NCBI GenBank assembly: GCA_963719505.1
Contig: CAVRCF010000001.1
Location: 576,001-640,000 of the forward strand
DNA from: Halobacteriovoraceae bacterium
Lineage (GTDB): Bacteria; Bdellovibrionota; Bacteriovoracia; Bacteriovoracales; Bacteriovoracaceae
Length of the DNA stretch: 64,000 nucleotides
Direction: 5' to 3'
Within the stretch, counting starts at the first letter, position 1. Every line of letters starts with the position of its first letter. The translations under genes and the position numbers were made by a program. Shown here piece by piece: positions 33,274 through 43,306 of the stretch. Under the pieces are notes generated by a model, which was not told where the DNA came from, did not search any database, and worked only from the letters and a program-made list of their open reading frames with translations.

Positions 33274-34671
33274 ATGGAAAACACAATTACTGGTGGCGAA
33301 AAATTCGTTACAAAATCTCTTTATTTTACCTCATTAGGTTGCTCCAAAAACTTGGTTGACTCCGAGGTCATGCTGGGTCATCTGGGACTTGATGGTTTTA
33401 AAGTCTCTCAAAGTCCTGAAGATGCTGAGGTTATTATCGTAAACACATGCTCTTTTATTGAAGCGGCTAAGGCGGAATCAATCGAGACAGTTTTAGATCT
33501 TGCGGACTTCAAAAATCCTGAAGTAGGTAAGTGTAAAGCACTCGTGATGAGTGGATGTATGGCCCAGAGGTATTACGGTGAACTAGAGCAGGAGATGCCT
33601 GAAGTTGATATGTTCATAGGAACTGGTGAGTACAATAAAATTGTTCCCCTTCTAAAAGCTTTTGAAGATGGAAAGTTAGAAAAGAAATCTTTTGTTGAGA
33701 TTCCAAAGTTTATTCATACAGAATTCGATCCAAGGATCAATACCTCTCCAAGTTATATGACTTGGCTAAAAATAAGTGAAGGATGTAATAGGAATTGTAC
33801 TTTTTGTATTATTCCAACTTTAAGAGGTAAGCTTCGTTCAAGAACTATAGACTCTTTAGTCACAGAGGCAAAGCGCCTGGGTGAGAGTGGGGTACGCGAA
33901 CTCAATTTAATTTCTCAAGACTTTTCGGACTATGGTTCGGACTTTGAGGGCTTTGAAAAAGTAGATACCAAAAATCCAGTCATTCATAATATGTTAAAAA
34001 GTCTTGCCGAGGTTGACCAGATTGATTGGGTAAGAGTTTTTTATTTCTATCCCGATGATCTTACTGAAGATGTAATGGATATTATTGCAACTCATCCTAA
34101 GATTTGTAAATATTTAGATATGCCGATTCAACACTTTGCTGACGGAGTGTTAAAAAGAATGAATCGTAGAGTAACCGGACAAATTATCCGCTCAAAAGTT
34201 AAAATCCTTCGTGAAAAGATTCCAGGTATCGTGTTGAGAACTTCTGTTATTGTGGGATTTCCGGGTGAAACTCAAGAGGATTTCGATAAACTTCTTGAAG
34301 GTATTAAAGAGATGCGCTTCAACCATCTTGGCGTCTTTAAATACTCTGATGAAGAAGGAACGCCTGCTTTAAGACTAAAGAATAAAGTTTCCCAAGAAGT
34401 TATTGATGCCAGATTTGAAAAAATCTATGAGGTTCAAAAAGAAATTGCAAGAGAGCTGAATCAAGAATTTATCGGTAAAACGATTGAAGTTCTGGTTGAA
34501 GGTGTTCACGAGGAAACGGAACTTCTTCTTCAAGGCCGTCACATGGGGCAAGCTCCAGATATTGATGGTAAAGTTATCATCAACGATGGTGATGCTAAAT
34601 CTGGAGACATCGTAAAAGTCCATATTACAGAAGTTCTAGATTACGACCTTGTTGGTGAAATAGTAGACTAG
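33274..34671 (+). CDS. rimO: Ribosomal protein S12 methylthiotransferase
   Basis: SLGCSKNLVDSE, NTCSFI, KISEGCNRNCTFCIIP, C-terminal APDIDG TRAM domain. Confidence 0.96.
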   Translation: MENTITGGEKFVTKSLYFTSLGCSKNLVDSEVMLGHLGLDGFKVSQSPEDAEVIIVNTCSFIEAAKAESIETVLDLADFKNPEVGKCKALVMSGCMAQRYYGELEQEMPEVDMFIGTGEYNKIVPLLKAFEDGKLEKKSFVEIPKFIHTEFDPRINTSPSYMTWLKISEGCNRNCTFCIIPTLRGKLRSRTIDSLVTEAKRLGESGVRELNLISQDFSDYGSDFEGFEKVDTKNPVIHNMLKSLAEVDQIDWVRVFYFYPDDLTEDVMDIIATHPKICKYLDMPIQHFADGVLKRMNRRVTGQIIRSKVKILREKIPGIVLRTSVIVGFPGETQEDFDKLLEGIKEMRFNHLGVFKYSDEEGTPALRLKNKVSQEVIDARFEKIYEVQKEIARELNQEFIGKTIEVLVEGVHEETELLLQGRHMGQAPDIDGKVIINDGDAKSGDIVKVHITEVLDYDLVGEIVD

Positions 34672-34673
34672 CC

Positions 34674-35837
34674 TTACTCTGAGGCTAGCTTTTTAAGAAA
34701 GAGGTCAAAATTTCTAGAAAAGTCATCGAAGTACTTGCCTGTAGCCGGTCCTTGAAAACTTGCCAAGATCTTTCTGACCTTACCTTTTTTATCTATATAA
34801 ATAGTTGTTGGAAAAGAGATAAAGTTTTCGAGACCAGGTAGGATGTCAGAGACTTTATCTTCTTCTGTATAGCCTCCAATCATGATGGGGTAATCGATAT
34901 CGTAGGCTTTCTTTGCTTTTTTTAATTGAACAAGAGCATGTTTTTTGTTGGGACTTCTTTCAAAAGCAATGAGTGAAAATTTGACGCCAAGATCACTGTT
35001 ATTCGCTTTCCAGGACTTAATGAACTTTGTCTCGTCTATACAGTTTGGACACCATGAGCCAAAAATCTGGATGACTTGAACTTTTCCTAAATTATTTTTT
35101 ATCGAATAGCTCTCTCCTATTAAAAGTGGGAGAGACAACTTGGTTATGTCTTTTTTATATTTCGTGATTTGTTCTGGATCTTTCAGTTTGAATTCACTAT
35201 CTACTGTTGCGCTAAACTGAGTGTTGTAATTTGCGCCAGAGTACATTTTTCCCGTGTAGCTACTGCCTTTAATTTTTCCTTCAAAGTAGAAGGCATAGGC
35301 TCCATCAAAGCCAAACAATACAAGATTATCTTCTTTAATTCTTGGAGTTAGGAAACGGTAATCACCTGTTTGGGTAATAACACTTGCATAGAATTTATTC
35401 TTATTTTCTGTGAAAACGAGAAGGGCTGGGTCTTCATTTCCTTCAAACTTAACTTTCCACTTTCTTGGAAGTAGTTTCTCTTCCTTAAAATTATTTTTTA
35501 AGGTTGCCGCCAGCTTCATTCCAATAACGGGCACCTTGTACTCTGGAGTTCTGTTGTGCTTTATCCAGTATCCCTTAATCACTGGGCCTGTTTGGACGAG
35601 TTCAAAAGAAGCATCAAAACCTTGGATAGGAATAGTAATTTTACCTTTCTCTATTTGGCGTGAAAGAGTTAGAGTCTCAGCCATCGTCGATAATTTTACA
35701 TCGTCTTTTGTAAACTCTAGATTAAAAGGAATCTTCTTTCCCTGTAGTTGGAGTTCCATTCCCCATATACCCTCAAGCTTTTCTGGCCCAAAGCAACCTG
35801 TAAGTAAAAATAGTAGTGAGAAAAATAGAGTGCGCAT
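34674..35837 (-). CDS. TlpA-like thioredoxin-fold lipoprotein
   Basis: Lipobox LTGC; GSWCPNC; SFPTTIYIDKKG. Confidence 0.85.
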   Translation of the reverse strand: MRTLFFSLLFLLTGCFGPEKLEGIWGMELQLQGKKIPFNLEFTKDDVKLSTMAETLTLSRQIEKGKITIPIQGFDASFELVQTGPVIKGYWIKHNRTPEYKVPVIGMKLAATLKNNFKEEKLLPRKWKVKFEGNEDPALLVFTENKNKFYASVITQTGDYRFLTPRIKEDNLVLFGFDGAYAFYFEGKIKGSSYTGKMYSGANYNTQFSATVDSEFKLKDPEQITKYKKDITKLSLPLLIGESYSIKNNLGKVQVIQIFGSWCPNCIDETKFIKSWKANNSDLGVKFSLIAFERSPNKKHALVQLKKAKKAYDIDYPIMIGGYTEEDKVSDILPGLENFISFPTTIYIDKKGKVRKILASFQGPATGKYFDDFSRNFDLFLKKLASE

Positions 35838-35910
35838 ATATTTAGACCTTTGAAGATTTGTGGTCCAAATACTGTCATTTGTTGATTTATTCTGTCAACG
35901 GACAGAAGGT

Positions 35911-36204
35911 CTATTGGTCTTTATCTTTAGATTTTTTATTTGCGTCGAAGATAATATCAGTTTCTAACTCAGAGATCTTATATTGGAGGTGGCCATATGT
36001 ATTTTTGTCTCTAATCTCTTTGGAGGCAATTCTATTTTCTATCTCTGTAACTTTCTGAGTTAGACTCATCAAGATCGTTTTCATTTCAGAAAATTGATTA
36101 TTTTGGTTTTGTGCTAATTTATCAAAGAGGACTTCAGTTTCCTCTACAACATCTGTAGCTAGAGTCTTACTAAATTTTTTGCGATTAAATAGAAAATCAA
36201 ACAT
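35911..36204 (-). CDS. Hypothetical protein
   Basis: 97-aa ORF with AAGGAG RBS. Confidence 0.65.
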   Translation of the reverse strand: MFDFLFNRKKFSKTLATDVVEETEVLFDKLAQNQNNQFSEMKTILMSLTQKVTEIENRIASKEIRDKNTYGHLQYKISELETDIIFDANKKSKDKDQ

Positions 36205-36327
36205 CTCTTTCTCCTTGAATACACTCTTATTTTAGACTGCCAGGCTGCGTGTTTAAAGAAGGCAAACTTTACACCGAGATATCTGGGGCAAAATGATGTA
36301 TGATACTGATATTATAAGGAGATAATC

Positions 36328-37155
36328 GTGAATAAATTTATTTTGTCAGCTCTTATGAGCTTAATGGTCACCAATTCCTACGCTTTGGATCTCGATAAGT
36401 ATAAGGAAAAACTAAGAGCTCCCATGGCCAAAATGCTAGGTGAAGAGACAACAAATAAGATTTTGGGCGAAAAAGTAGTAGAGAAGACCAACGCGATGAC
36501 ATTACCGGAAATTCCACAAGTCAAGCTCGATGCTAAAAATGAAAGTTTCTACGATCAAAAAACCAGTGCGGTCTACACTCAAGGTGAAGATTATAATAAC
36601 CTCTCAAATCAAGAGAAAAGAAATTTTAGAATTAAATTTTTAAGGCAGCTCTATTTTGTCACAAGAAATTCGCAACCTAAAGAAAGTGATCTGGCTAAGT
36701 CTCTAAATGTTTTAGAGCAAGGTGGAAATAGAGAGGGAGTATATCGCTCTGTCACACTTGACCAAACTTATTTAGCTCTTGAACAATATGAAGAAAATCC
36801 AAGTGACACATTAATCAATTTTGTTCGATACTTCACACCAAAATATCTAAGAAAAACTTTCGAAGAATCAAGCCTTAGAAAACTGAACCTGTGGTCATTA
36901 AAAAGGCTTCTCACGGAGAAGTGCTTAGAGCTTGTGGATGTACTTGCAAAAAAGCCAGAGGATCTCTATCGTTGGTATGCTGTTTATTCCGCTGAAATTG
37001 CGAAAAATTATCCTGAGCTATGGAAATCAAAAACTCGAGCGAGTACCAGTGATGAGTTCCACTATCGCTGGGCAACCAAAGTACCTTTTCAACATATTAA
37101 ATCAGAAATTATTTTAAAAAATCATCTTCTGATGAACTATTTGCAAAAAAACTAA
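36328..37155 (+). CDS. Hypothetical secreted protein
   Basis: AAGGAG RBS; signal peptide MNKFILSALMSLMVTNSYA. Confidence 0.75.
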   Translation: MNKFILSALMSLMVTNSYALDLDKYKEKLRAPMAKMLGEETTNKILGEKVVEKTNAMTLPEIPQVKLDAKNESFYDQKTSAVYTQGEDYNNLSNQEKRNFRIKFLRQLYFVTRNSQPKESDLAKSLNVLEQGGNREGVYRSVTLDQTYLALEQYEENPSDTLINFVRYFTPKYLRKTFEESSLRKLNLWSLKRLLTEKCLELVDVLAKKPEDLYRWYAVYSAEIAKNYPELWKSKTRASTSDEFHYRWATKVPFQHIKSEIILKNHLLMNYLQKN

Positions 37156-38114
37156 TCAAAGAATATTTTTTCGCTTTTGACAATTGAAGCAAATAGTCTC
37201 TCAATTCCTAGGGCAATGCCTGAGGAGTTGGGGTAGCCGTCTTCAATAACTTTTAAAAATCTTTTTGGAGAAGGTAAGGTGTAGTTGTAGGCTTCTTTCT
37301 TTTCAAAAGCTTGAAGCTCAAACCTCTCCTTTTGAGAATTGTAGTCTGTAAGCTCGTTAAAACAATTTGCAATTTCCACTCCTCGAATAAAAAGTTCAAA
37401 TCTTTGGCAAACTCTTTTGTCTTCAGGTTTAAGTGTCGAAAGCGCAGCCAGTGGAGCCGGATATTCATCTACAAAAATGGCTTTCTCTTTGGCAATAATA
37501 GGTTCTATTTCGTTGAGAAATAAAAGAAAAAAATAATCATCCCAGGTACAATCAGTGTTGGGAAGTGGAACTGATTTAAAGTTCTTCTCAATAAGCTTTT
37601 TAAGCTCTTTGGTGTTTAAAAAATTTAAAATATCAATGTTTAAAATATCAATAAAGAGCTCTCTAACTGTAGCTGTTTGAAAGTCTGACTTTTGAAACTT
37701 CTCTTTCACAGGCATTGCCAACGCTTGGGCACGCTGTGAGAGGTCTACTGTTAAATCAATAACATCTTCTTTTATCGAACTATAGTTTTCATGTTTTCTA
37801 TACCATTCACACATAAGAAATTGTGGTCTGTGGATAGGAGATGCTTGTTCATCTCTAAAGCAATAAGTGATAGTAAAAATTTTATCAAACTCTTCTTTAG
37901 AGAGAAGCTCTTTCATAAAAAACTCAGGAGAGGTGTGAAGAAAACTATTTGTTCTTTTTGAGCTGTTGATTGAATATAACTCAAAAGGGTGAATATGAGT
38001 TTCCATGCCAGGGTTCTCCGTCACGGGAGGCGTTAGAACATCTAGAAAACCTTTTGAGACAAAATGATTTCTCATGGCCTGAATAAATTGAAACTGATAT
38101 TTTAAACTCATCAT
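37152..38114 (-). CDS. epmA: EF-P lysine aminoacylase (GenX/PoxA), LysRS catalytic-domain paralogue
   Basis: LHTSPEFFMKELL, FRDE...HRPQFLMCEWY, YPAPLAAL, RFELFIRGVEIANCFNELTD, SGIALGIERL; no anticodon domain. Confidence 0.92.
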   Translation of the reverse strand: MMSLKYQFQFIQAMRNHFVSKGFLDVLTPPVTENPGMETHIHPFELYSINSSKRTNSFLHTSPEFFMKELLSKEEFDKIFTITYCFRDEQASPIHRPQFLMCEWYRKHENYSSIKEDVIDLTVDLSQRAQALAMPVKEKFQKSDFQTATVRELFIDILNIDILNFLNTKELKKLIEKNFKSVPLPNTDCTWDDYFFLLFLNEIEPIIAKEKAIFVDEYPAPLAALSTLKPEDKRVCQRFELFIRGVEIANCFNELTDYNSQKERFELQAFEKKEAYNYTLPSPKRFLKVIEDGYPNSSGIALGIERLFASIVKSEKIFFD

Positions 38115-38712
38115 GCGATATCCTCTTAGAAAAGAAGCAATTTATCAATATATTGAAGATTCAGAATGGGTCGGCGCAGTAAATTTTATTTTTATTGAAG
38201 ACTACATCTTTCTAATCTTGAGAAGTGACACGATGCCCTCTCATGCGAGCCAAGTCGCCTTTGTTGGTGGGCATAAACTTGCTAGTGAGATCCATCCAAT
38301 TGTGACAGCGAAAAGGGAATTTGAAGAAGAAACGGGTCTAAGTCCTGAACTTCTTTTGGATCCTATCGTTTTGGAGCCTGTTGTTACTTCAAAATTGAAA
38401 ATGATCTATCCCGTGGTGTCTTGGATAGATATGAGTAGAAAAGATTTTATCCAAAAGATTGTAAGTAACGGTGAATGGAATAATGCTTATTTGGCCCGGG
38501 CTGATTATATTTTCAATGACTCTCATTGGAGCAGGGGAAGTATGTTTAAGGAAAGGGTTTATGATGTCTTCTTTTGTCCAATACCAAAGTCTGAAGTTTT
38601 AGAGAAAAGCCCTGATGAACAAAATAAGGTCATTCTTTGGGGTGCCACAGCTAAAATAATTTGGAATTTCTTTAAAATCCACATTGATGATGCTAATTTC
38701 TCAAACAATTAA
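38113..38712 (+). CDS. NUDIX hydrolase, CoA-pyrophosphatase-like
   Basis: RS..MPSHASQVAFVGG, AKREFEEETG, LWGATA. Confidence 0.82.
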   Translation: MRYPLRKEAIYQYIEDSEWVGAVNFIFIEDYIFLILRSDTMPSHASQVAFVGGHKLASEIHPIVTAKREFEEETGLSPELLLDPIVLEPVVTSKLKMIYPVVSWIDMSRKDFIQKIVSNGEWNNAYLARADYIFNDSHWSRGSMFKERVYDVFFCPIPKSEVLEKSPDEQNKVILWGATAKIIWNFFKIHIDDANFSNN

Positions 38713-38732
38713 TAAATAAAAACGTAGGTTTT

Positions 38733-39968
38733 ATGAATCAATATGCAGCTCAAGTAGCAGAACTTCTAGGATTAGCCGATATTCCAAATCTTTATGATTG
38801 GTTGGGAATAAGTGGAATCTTCACTTTGGCTTTCATTTCAGTCTTTAACCTGTTTAAAAGTCCAAAAACAAATCTTGATGATGAAGCGACTCTAGAAAAA
38901 GATAAAAAAATAGCAACTGAGGTAGCAAAAGAGTTAACTTCTTCACCTGTCGCAGAGAGTTTACCTAAACATGAACCCGCTCCAGAGTTAGTTGAGACTG
39001 TTGAAGAAGTCCCACAGAAGCCTCTTGAGAAAAAAATAACTTGGAGTGACAGATTACTAAAAGGACTTTCGCAGACGAGAAATGATGTTTGGGGAAAAGT
39101 TGGAGCTATCTTGGGATCCAACAATATATCTGAAGAACAGTTTGAGCAGATTGAGGAGATTCTTTACTCTGCAGACCTATCTCCTTCAATGGTTCAAGAG
39201 CTTTTAGAAGAGCTTAAAGCATTTTCTAAAAGTGGAGAAAAAAATACTCAAGAGTTTATTCTTTTTATTAAAGGCTTCTTAAAAGGAAAGATGGCATCTA
39301 TCCAGGATAAAGTTAATCTTGATCTATATGACTTCGATAAAGAGAAAAAAGAATTAAAAGTTATCATGATTGTTGGTGTTAATGGAGCCGGGAAAACGAC
39401 AACCATCGGAAAGCTTGCAACGAAATTAAAAGCGCAAGGGGCCAAAGTCGTTGTCGGAGCTTGTGACACTTTTAGAGCAGCGGCTGTTGAGCAGCTTGAG
39501 GTTTGGTGTAACCGGGCAGGGGTTGAAATAGTAAAAGCAAAAGAGGGAGCAGATCCAAGTGGAGTTGCATTCGATACAGTAAAGAAAGCTAAAGAGATTC
39601 AAGCAGATTACTGTATTATTGATACTGCGGGTAGACTGCATACTGCGTCAAACCTCATGGATGAACTGCGAAAGACTAAAAAAGTAATGAGTAAAGTTGT
39701 AGAAAGTGCTCCTCACGAAACACTATTAGTGGTCGATGCCATTACTGGGCAAAATGCTTTGAGACAAGCTGAAGAATTTAATAAGACACTGGACCTTACT
39801 GGTCTGATATTTACTAAATGTGATGGCTCTTCAAAAGCTGGTTCTGCGGTAGGAATCGTGAAACAATTGGAAGTACCAATCGTTTATATCGGAGTAGGAG
39901 AGTCGGTCGATGATCTTAATATCTTTGACCTCGATTTATACCTAGACGCACTGCTTGGAATTGCTTAA
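38733..39968 (+). CDS. ftsY: SRP receptor FtsY with N-terminal TM anchor
   Basis: GVNGAGKTTTIGKLA, DTFRAAA, DTAGR, TKCDGSSKAG, IGVGE. Confidence 0.96.
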   Translation: MNQYAAQVAELLGLADIPNLYDWLGISGIFTLAFISVFNLFKSPKTNLDDEATLEKDKKIATEVAKELTSSPVAESLPKHEPAPELVETVEEVPQKPLEKKITWSDRLLKGLSQTRNDVWGKVGAILGSNNISEEQFEQIEEILYSADLSPSMVQELLEELKAFSKSGEKNTQEFILFIKGFLKGKMASIQDKVNLDLYDFDKEKKELKVIMIVGVNGAGKTTTIGKLATKLKAQGAKVVVGACDTFRAAAVEQLEVWCNRAGVEIVKAKEGADPSGVAFDTVKKAKEIQADYCIIDTAGRLHTASNLMDELRKTKKVMSKVVESAPHETLLVVDAITGQNALRQAEEFNKTLDLTGLIFTKCDGSSKAGSAVGIVKQLEVPIVYIGVGESVDDLNIFDLDLYLDALLGIA

Positions 39969-40020
39969 ATCCCTCTCTATGCGCATTGACTTGTAACTAG
40001 ATGTCATTTACTCTTTTGTG

Positions 40021-40341
40021 ATGACCGTACACAATGAAGGTTTAGAATATAATATATTAGGTTGTAACGTCCGGATAAAAAAGGACGAAGCCGACAGAGA
40101 TAATGCTTTAAAAACTATTGAAATTGTTAACAAAGAAATTGAGAAAATGAGATCACAAAACTCTAAGCTCAAAGATATTGATGTCGCAGTTCTCATCGCT
40201 TTAAAGTTTGCTTCGGAAAAAAGTGAAATCGAATCTGAGTATAAAGAGAACTTGTTTTCTTTGAAAGCTGGGGTAAATGAAGCTTTAAGTTTTATCGAAG
40301 AAGTGTCTGCAGGATCCATGCAACCCAGTAAATCAGAATAG
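40021..40341 (+). CDS. zapA: Cell division protein ZapA
   Basis: ILG..V...VNKEI...AVLIAL pattern; ftsY-zapA-5FCL-rny context. Confidence 0.75.
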   Translation: MTVHNEGLEYNILGCNVRIKKDEADRDNALKTIEIVNKEIEKMRSQNSKLKDIDVAVLIALKFASEKSEIESEYKENLFSLKAGVNEALSFIEEVSAGSMQPSKSE

Positions 40342-40348
40342 TGCGCTT

Positions 40349-40906
40349 GTGAGTAAAAAGATTGAAAGAGAGCACGCCAAAGAGCTGTTATCTAAAATCT
40401 CTGAAAAAATGATTCTAGAAAAAAGCATGTCTTTATCTAGCAACCTCGCTATGCACTTAAAAAGTATTCTAAAAATTTCCTCTTCATTAAGTATTGGTGG
40501 GTTTAGTCCCATTCAAAAAGAGTGTCTTTGGTTTAAAGATGACTTCTTTGTGAATCAGACTATTTATGTGCCAACGATCACAACTGAGACCCAAATGGTT
40601 TTTGTAGAGGTCGAACACCGCAACTTAGATAGGGATGAGCTAGGTCTTAAAGTGGATGAAGCCTTTGTAAAAAGTGCTGGAGTTCCGGATGTTTTACTCA
40701 TACCAGGATTGTTGTTTGATAGACATATGAATAGGCTTGGAAGGGGAGCAGGTTACTATGATAGGTACCTGGAAACTTTTAAGGGAATAAAGATTGGAGT
40801 TTGTTTTGAAGAACAACTCGTTGATGAGTTAAAAGTAGATAAAAACGATATAAAAGTAGACTTAATAATAACTGAAAAAGACAAATATATAAGGGGAATA
40901 AAATAA
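40349..40906 (+). CDS. 5-formyltetrahydrofolate cyclo-ligase
   Basis: PDVLLIPGLLFD...RLGRGAGYYDRYL, D..VD.IITE. Confidence 0.92.
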   Translation: MSKKIEREHAKELLSKISEKMILEKSMSLSSNLAMHLKSILKISSSLSIGGFSPIQKECLWFKDDFFVNQTIYVPTITTETQMVFVEVEHRNLDRDELGLKVDEAFVKSAGVPDVLLIPGLLFDRHMNRLGRGAGYYDRYLETFKGIKIGVCFEEQLVDELKVDKNDIKVDLIITEKDKYIRGIK

Positions 40907-42465
40907 TGACTACAGAAACGATATTAGCAGCTCTGTTATCTCTCGTTCTTGGTGGTGTAATCGCTTACGTTATTTCAATGGGAAAAGTTAAGAATTTAAC
41001 GGCCGAAAGTGAAAAAGAAGGTGAGCAGATTATCAAAAGGGCCAAAGATAGAGCAAGCGAGATTAAGAAGTCTGCCAAATTTGATGCTAAACAAATAATC
41101 CAAGATGAAAAAGATGAACTGGATAAAGAGTACAAGAAAAAAGTATCAGCTCTTCACGATCAAGAAAGAGGACTTACCAAGAAGGAAGTTTCACTCGATT
41201 CTAAGATTGAACAAAAAGATAAAGAGCTTGAGGCCTTAAAATCTAAAGAAGAAAAATTAGAAAATGAAACAAAGCAAACTTTGGCTGAAAGAGAAAAGTT
41301 CATCGCAAGACAAGCTGAAATTTCAGATAAGCTGACTTCTGTTGCTGGAATGAGTAAGGACGAAGCTAAGCGAGAGCTTATGAGTGCGATGGAAGAAGAG
41401 GCGAAAGTTGATGCCGCTAAAATGATCGCAAGAGTAGAAGAAGAAGCACAAGAAGAATCAGAAAAAAGAGGAAAAAGAATCCTTGGAATCGCTCTCCAGA
41501 GATTTGCAGGAGAGTTTGTTGCTGAACAAACTATATCTTCAGTTGAACTTCCAGGAGACGAAATAAAAGGTCGTCTTATTGGTAGAGAGGGTCGAAATAT
41601 TAGGGCCTTTGAGCAAATCTGTGGTGTTGATTTAATTATCGATGATACTCCGGGAATGGTTGTTATCTCTTCATTTAATGTCGTAAGAAAGCAAGTTGCT
41701 AAAATGACAATTGAAAAACTTATTGCGGATGGACGTATTCATCCAGCAAAAATTGAAGAGTTTCATGATAAAGCTAAGCACGAAATGGAATTAAATCTTC
41801 GTGAGCTTGGAGAAAAAGCACAGATGGAAATCGGTATTCACGGTCTTCATCCAGAAATTTTAAAAATGCTTGGAGCTTTAAACTACAGAACATCTTATAT
41901 GCAAAATCAATATCAACACTCTTTAGAGGTTGGTTTCCTTTGTGGTGCCATGGCAGCAGAATTGGGAATGAACGTTAAGCAAGCGAGACGAGCAGGACTT
42001 CTTCACGATGTCGGAAAAGCCATTGATGCTTCGGCTGAGGGATCTCACGCCGTTGTTGGTGCAGACTTTATTAAGAAATATGGAGAGGATCCTGATATTG
42101 TTCACGCGGTTCGTGCTCACCACGAGGACGTTAAGCCAGAAACAGTACTGGCCCATCTTGTTATGGCAGCAGATGCACTAAGTGGTGCAAGACCGGGTGT
42201 TCGTAAGTTCTTGAAAGAGTCATACGTAAGTCGAGTTACTGATATTGAAAATATTGCCAATGGCTTTGAAGGTGTTAGTAGAAGTTATGCCATCTCTGCA
42301 GGTCGAGAGATTAGAGTGCTTGTTGAAAATGAAAAGGTAACAGATGAGCAAACTGTCATGCTTTCAAGAGATATTGCTAAAAAAATTGAAGAAGAAATGT
42401 CTTACCCAGGAACAATTAAAGTTTCTGTTATTAGAGAGACAAGAGCTGTAGGTATTGCAAAATAA
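40906..42465 (+). CDS. rny: Ribonuclease Y
   Basis: N-terminal TM, coiled coil, KH domain (KGRLIGREGRNIR), HD domain (GLLHDVGK), ADALSGARPG. Confidence 0.97.
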   Translation: MTTETILAALLSLVLGGVIAYVISMGKVKNLTAESEKEGEQIIKRAKDRASEIKKSAKFDAKQIIQDEKDELDKEYKKKVSALHDQERGLTKKEVSLDSKIEQKDKELEALKSKEEKLENETKQTLAEREKFIARQAEISDKLTSVAGMSKDEAKRELMSAMEEEAKVDAAKMIARVEEEAQEESEKRGKRILGIALQRFAGEFVAEQTISSVELPGDEIKGRLIGREGRNIRAFEQICGVDLIIDDTPGMVVISSFNVVRKQVAKMTIEKLIADGRIHPAKIEEFHDKAKHEMELNLRELGEKAQMEIGIHGLHPEILKMLGALNYRTSYMQNQYQHSLEVGFLCGAMAAELGMNVKQARRAGLLHDVGKAIDASAEGSHAVVGADFIKKYGEDPDIVHAVRAHHEDVKPETVLAHLVMAADALSGARPGVRKFLKESYVSRVTDIENIANGFEGVSRSYAISAGREIRVLVENEKVTDEQTVMLSRDIAKKIEEEMSYPGTIKVSVIRETRAVGIAK

Positions 42466-43149
42466 ATGAGTACAGATAGAATTGCTATAGTAACCGGAAC
42501 CTCTTCTGGGCTTGGAATGGCCATGGCCACTTCTTTGCTTGAAAGAGGTTTTGTCGTTTTCGGAGGCTCAAGAACTGAATCAGATATTGAGCATGAAAAC
42601 TTCATTGATCTTGAGCTCGATGTGAGAGACGAAAAATCAGTCATAAAGTTTTACGATGAAATTAATAAAGAAACTGAAGTGGTTGATATCCTCATCAACA
42701 ATGCAGGTATTTGTGAAATGAATAGTTTCTCAGAAACAAGTGGAAGCGAGTTTGTGGATCACTTACAAACTAACCTTCTAGGTTCATTCTATCTTTATAA
42801 GTACTTTGAACCGTTCATTATTGAAGACGAAACAACTTGTGTAAATATTCAATCTATTAGTTCAAAACATTCCTACCCAAACACTGTCAGCTACACGGCG
42901 ACTGAATACGGAAAACGTGGTCTTATTGAAACGATATTAAAAGAATGGGGACGCTATAAGATTAGAAGAGCTAACTTTTATGTCGGGGCTGTTGATACAC
43001 CTCTTTGGTTTAAGTATGAAGATATCGAAGTCGATAAAATGTTAACAACTGAAGATTTTATCTATATGTTTAACACTATCATCGATGCACCCGAACACAT
43101 CCAATTCCCTGATATTACATTTCTCCATAAATATGGCTTTATTGACTAA
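42466..43149 (+). CDS. Short-chain dehydrogenase/reductase (YxxxK appears as YTATE)
   Basis: VTGTSSGLG, LDV, ILINNAG. Confidence 0.85.
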   Translation: MSTDRIAIVTGTSSGLGMAMATSLLERGFVVFGGSRTESDIEHENFIDLELDVRDEKSVIKFYDEINKETEVVDILINNAGICEMNSFSETSGSEFVDHLQTNLLGSFYLYKYFEPFIIEDETTCVNIQSISSKHSYPNTVSYTATEYGKRGLIETILKEWGRYKIRRANFYVGAVDTPLWFKYEDIEVDKMLTTEDFIYMFNTIIDAPEHIQFPDITFLHKYGFID

Positions 43150-43174
43150 ATTGCCATTAATTAGTGGCAATTTT
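43148..43174 (+). terminator. Probable terminator hairpin
   Basis: AAATTGCCA...TGGCAATTTT. Confidence 0.55.
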
Positions 43175-43262
43175 ACCTGGCTAAAGATCACAAAAAAGCT
43201 AATAAAAACAGCCTCTTAGTTGATTAACAAAGCTAATCCGACTAAGTTTATCGAATTTCATT

Positions 43263-43289
43263 TAACATAAGGTCTAAACCTTCCGATAA
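43263..43289 (+). promoter_or_regulatory. Candidate sigma28 (FliA) promoter
   Basis: TAAC-N15-TCCGATAA versus consensus TAAA-N15-GCCGATAA. Confidence 0.5.
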
Positions 43290-43306
43290 GGAAGCGTGAG
43301 GATCTT

